NCBI GenBank assembly: GCA_963833985.1 | Contig: CAWIAD010000002.1 | Span: forward strand, 1,408,001 to 1,472,000 | Reading direction: 5' to 3' | Source: an uncultured Planctomycetaceae bacterium | GTDB taxonomy: Bacteria; Planctomycetota; Planctomycetia; Isosphaerales; Isosphaeraceae | Length of the DNA stretch: 64,000 nt | In this document: one piece after another, positions 62,750-64,000 of the stretch | Layout: every line of letters begins with the position of its first letter | How positions within the stretch are numbered: position 1 is the first letter of the stretch | Translations under genes and position numbers: made by a program | The notes under the pieces: generated by a model | Database searches by the model: none | Told to the model about the DNA's origin: nothing | Seen by the model: only the letters and a program-made list of their open reading frames with translations

Positions 62750-63436
62750 ATGCGACACGTCGGCCGGCTTCTCCTGGTCACTCTCGTGCAAGGCATGCTT
62801 TTTCTGGTCCCTCTCGTGCTCGTCGCCGTGCTGGCACGGGAGGGCTACCAGATGCTCCGCCGCCTCTCCCAGCCGGTCTCCCGGCTGCTCCCCGCGGACC
62901 GTTTCTTCGGCATCCTGGCTGAGGACCTGGTCTCGATCCTGGCGATCATCGTGCTCTTCCTGATCGCGGGCCTCTTCGTCGGCACGCGGCCGGGTCGTGT
63001 GCTCAGCGACCGCCTGGAGCGCTCAGTTCTCTACCGGGTGCCGGGGTATCTCCTGGTGCGGGGGGCGGTGGGTAGCTTCCCGGGTCTGAGCACGGAAATG
63101 CGGCCGGAACCTTCGCTGGTGGAGACCGATGACGGCTGGGCGTTCGCCCTGCTGGTCGAACGGAAGCCCCCGGGGTTCTGCACGGTCTTCTTGCCCGACT
63201 CGCCCACGCCCACGACCGGCTCCGTTCGCATTGTCGAGGCCACGCGGGTGAGGCCCCTCGACGTCTCGATGCTGAACCTGCTGGCCTGCCTGACCCGGTC
63301 CGGTACCGGCGCAGGTGCGCTCGCCGAGCGGGTCCTGGGCGGCGGGACGGCATTTGACGGAACCAAGGGTGCGACGACCGAGATGCTCTCGCGAGGTGGC
63401 GAGTCTGAGGTCCGGGATGCCACCGAATCGCTCTGA
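62750..63436 (+). CDS. DUF502 domain membrane protein
   Basis: G.LFLVP, RVPGY, TVFLPDSPTPTTG. Confidence 0.8.
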   Translation: MRHVGRLLLVTLVQGMLFLVPLVLVAVLAREGYQMLRRLSQPVSRLLPADRFFGILAEDLVSILAIIVLFLIAGLFVGTRPGRVLSDRLERSVLYRVPGYLLVRGAVGSFPGLSTEMRPEPSLVETDDGWAFALLVERKPPGFCTVFLPDSPTPTTGSVRIVEATRVRPLDVSMLNLLACLTRSGTGAGALAERVLGGGTAFDGTKGATTEMLSRGGESEVRDATESL

Positions 63437-63452
63437 AGCGAGGGCGGCCCGC

Positions 63453-64000
63453 CTACAACGACGTTCCCTCCAGAAACGGTTCGCCGGCGGTGAGCCGTTT
63501 GACGTTCTCCACGGTGGTGCTGGCGATATCGTGCAGGGCCTCGCGGGTCAAGAACGCCTGGTGCGCCGTGATGAGTACGTTGGGGAACGTCAACAGTCGC
63601 GACAGGACGTCGTCCTCAACGACCTGGCCGGAGAGATCCTCGAAGAAGAGACCTTCCTCTTCCTCGTAGACGTCCAGGGCCACCCCGCCCAGGCGGCGAC
63701 TCTTCAGGGCGTGGATCAAGGCCTTGGTGTCGACGAGTTGCCCGCGGCTGACGTTGACGAGGATCGCCCCCGGCTTCATCAGCTCCAGGCTCTCCTGGCA
63801 CACCACGTACTTCGTCTCGGGGGTCAGCGGCACATGCAGCGTCACCACATCGCTCTCTCGCGCCAGCGTCCGCGGGTCCGTGTAGGCGACCCCGTGCCCG
63901 GCCGCCCACTGCGGGTCGGGATAGGCGTCGTAGCCCAGCACCCGCATCCCGAAGCCCTTCAGGATCTCGGCCACGATCCGCCCGATGCGTCCCGTGCCGA
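63453..64000 (-). CDS. ldhA: D-lactate / 2-hydroxyacid dehydrogenase (5' part outside window)
   Basis: GTGRIG, LHVPLT, NVSRG, LDVYEEE, RLLTFPNVLITAHQAFLT. Confidence 0.85.
   Translation of the reverse strand, partial: GTGRIGRIVAEILKGFGMRVLGYDAYPDPQWAAGHGVAYTDPRTLARESDVVTLHVPLTPETKYVVCQESLELMKPGAILVNVSRGQLVDTKALIHALKSRRLGGVALDVYEEEEGLFFEDLSGQVVEDDVLSRLLTFPNVLITAHQAFLTREALHDIASTTVENVKRLTAGEPFLEGTSL

Overview
GC-rich bacterial DNA, very probably from a planctomycete (Isosphaeraceae-like). This is inferred from the DUF1549/DUF1553-DUF1501 cluster, the PVC-type heme protein, TIGR03067, two DUF4058 genes and the 'RFTLLDAM/RLSVRALM' N-terminal leaders. Core-type metabolic genes occupy about 14.4-41 kb and 53-64 kb. 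Two accessory regions (about 1-13.4 kb and 41.6-53.2 kb) hold the mobile DNA: the right part of a TG...CA transposon (DDE transposase, ExeA-type ATPase, RecA/AAA_25 ATPase), two of three apparently identical 1353-bp ISAzo13 copies (the third interrupts a core-region gene at 37.5-38.9 kb), one IS1634, one IS3, an IS-truncated MmeI-like gene, RAYT-like fragments with REP-like repeats, and toxin-antitoxin remnants. The most notable observation is two arrays of short, co-oriented, unrelated accessory genes (about 4.9-13.4 kb and 45.6-50.0 kb). Nearly every gene or gene pair is delimited by a degenerate ~34-bp dyad site, consensus ...AAC-TATA-NNYCASS-MNWTRCRS, seen as 10 good copies and 1 weak copy. 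The site does not look like attC. One cassette start is duplicated between the arrays. This suggests a non-integron gene-cassette system whose recombinase is not in this window, although a shared promoter/operator is the main alternative. Many conserved genes carry single-base frameshifts, probably long-read consensus errors. All family calls come from motif recognition by eye; no searches were run.
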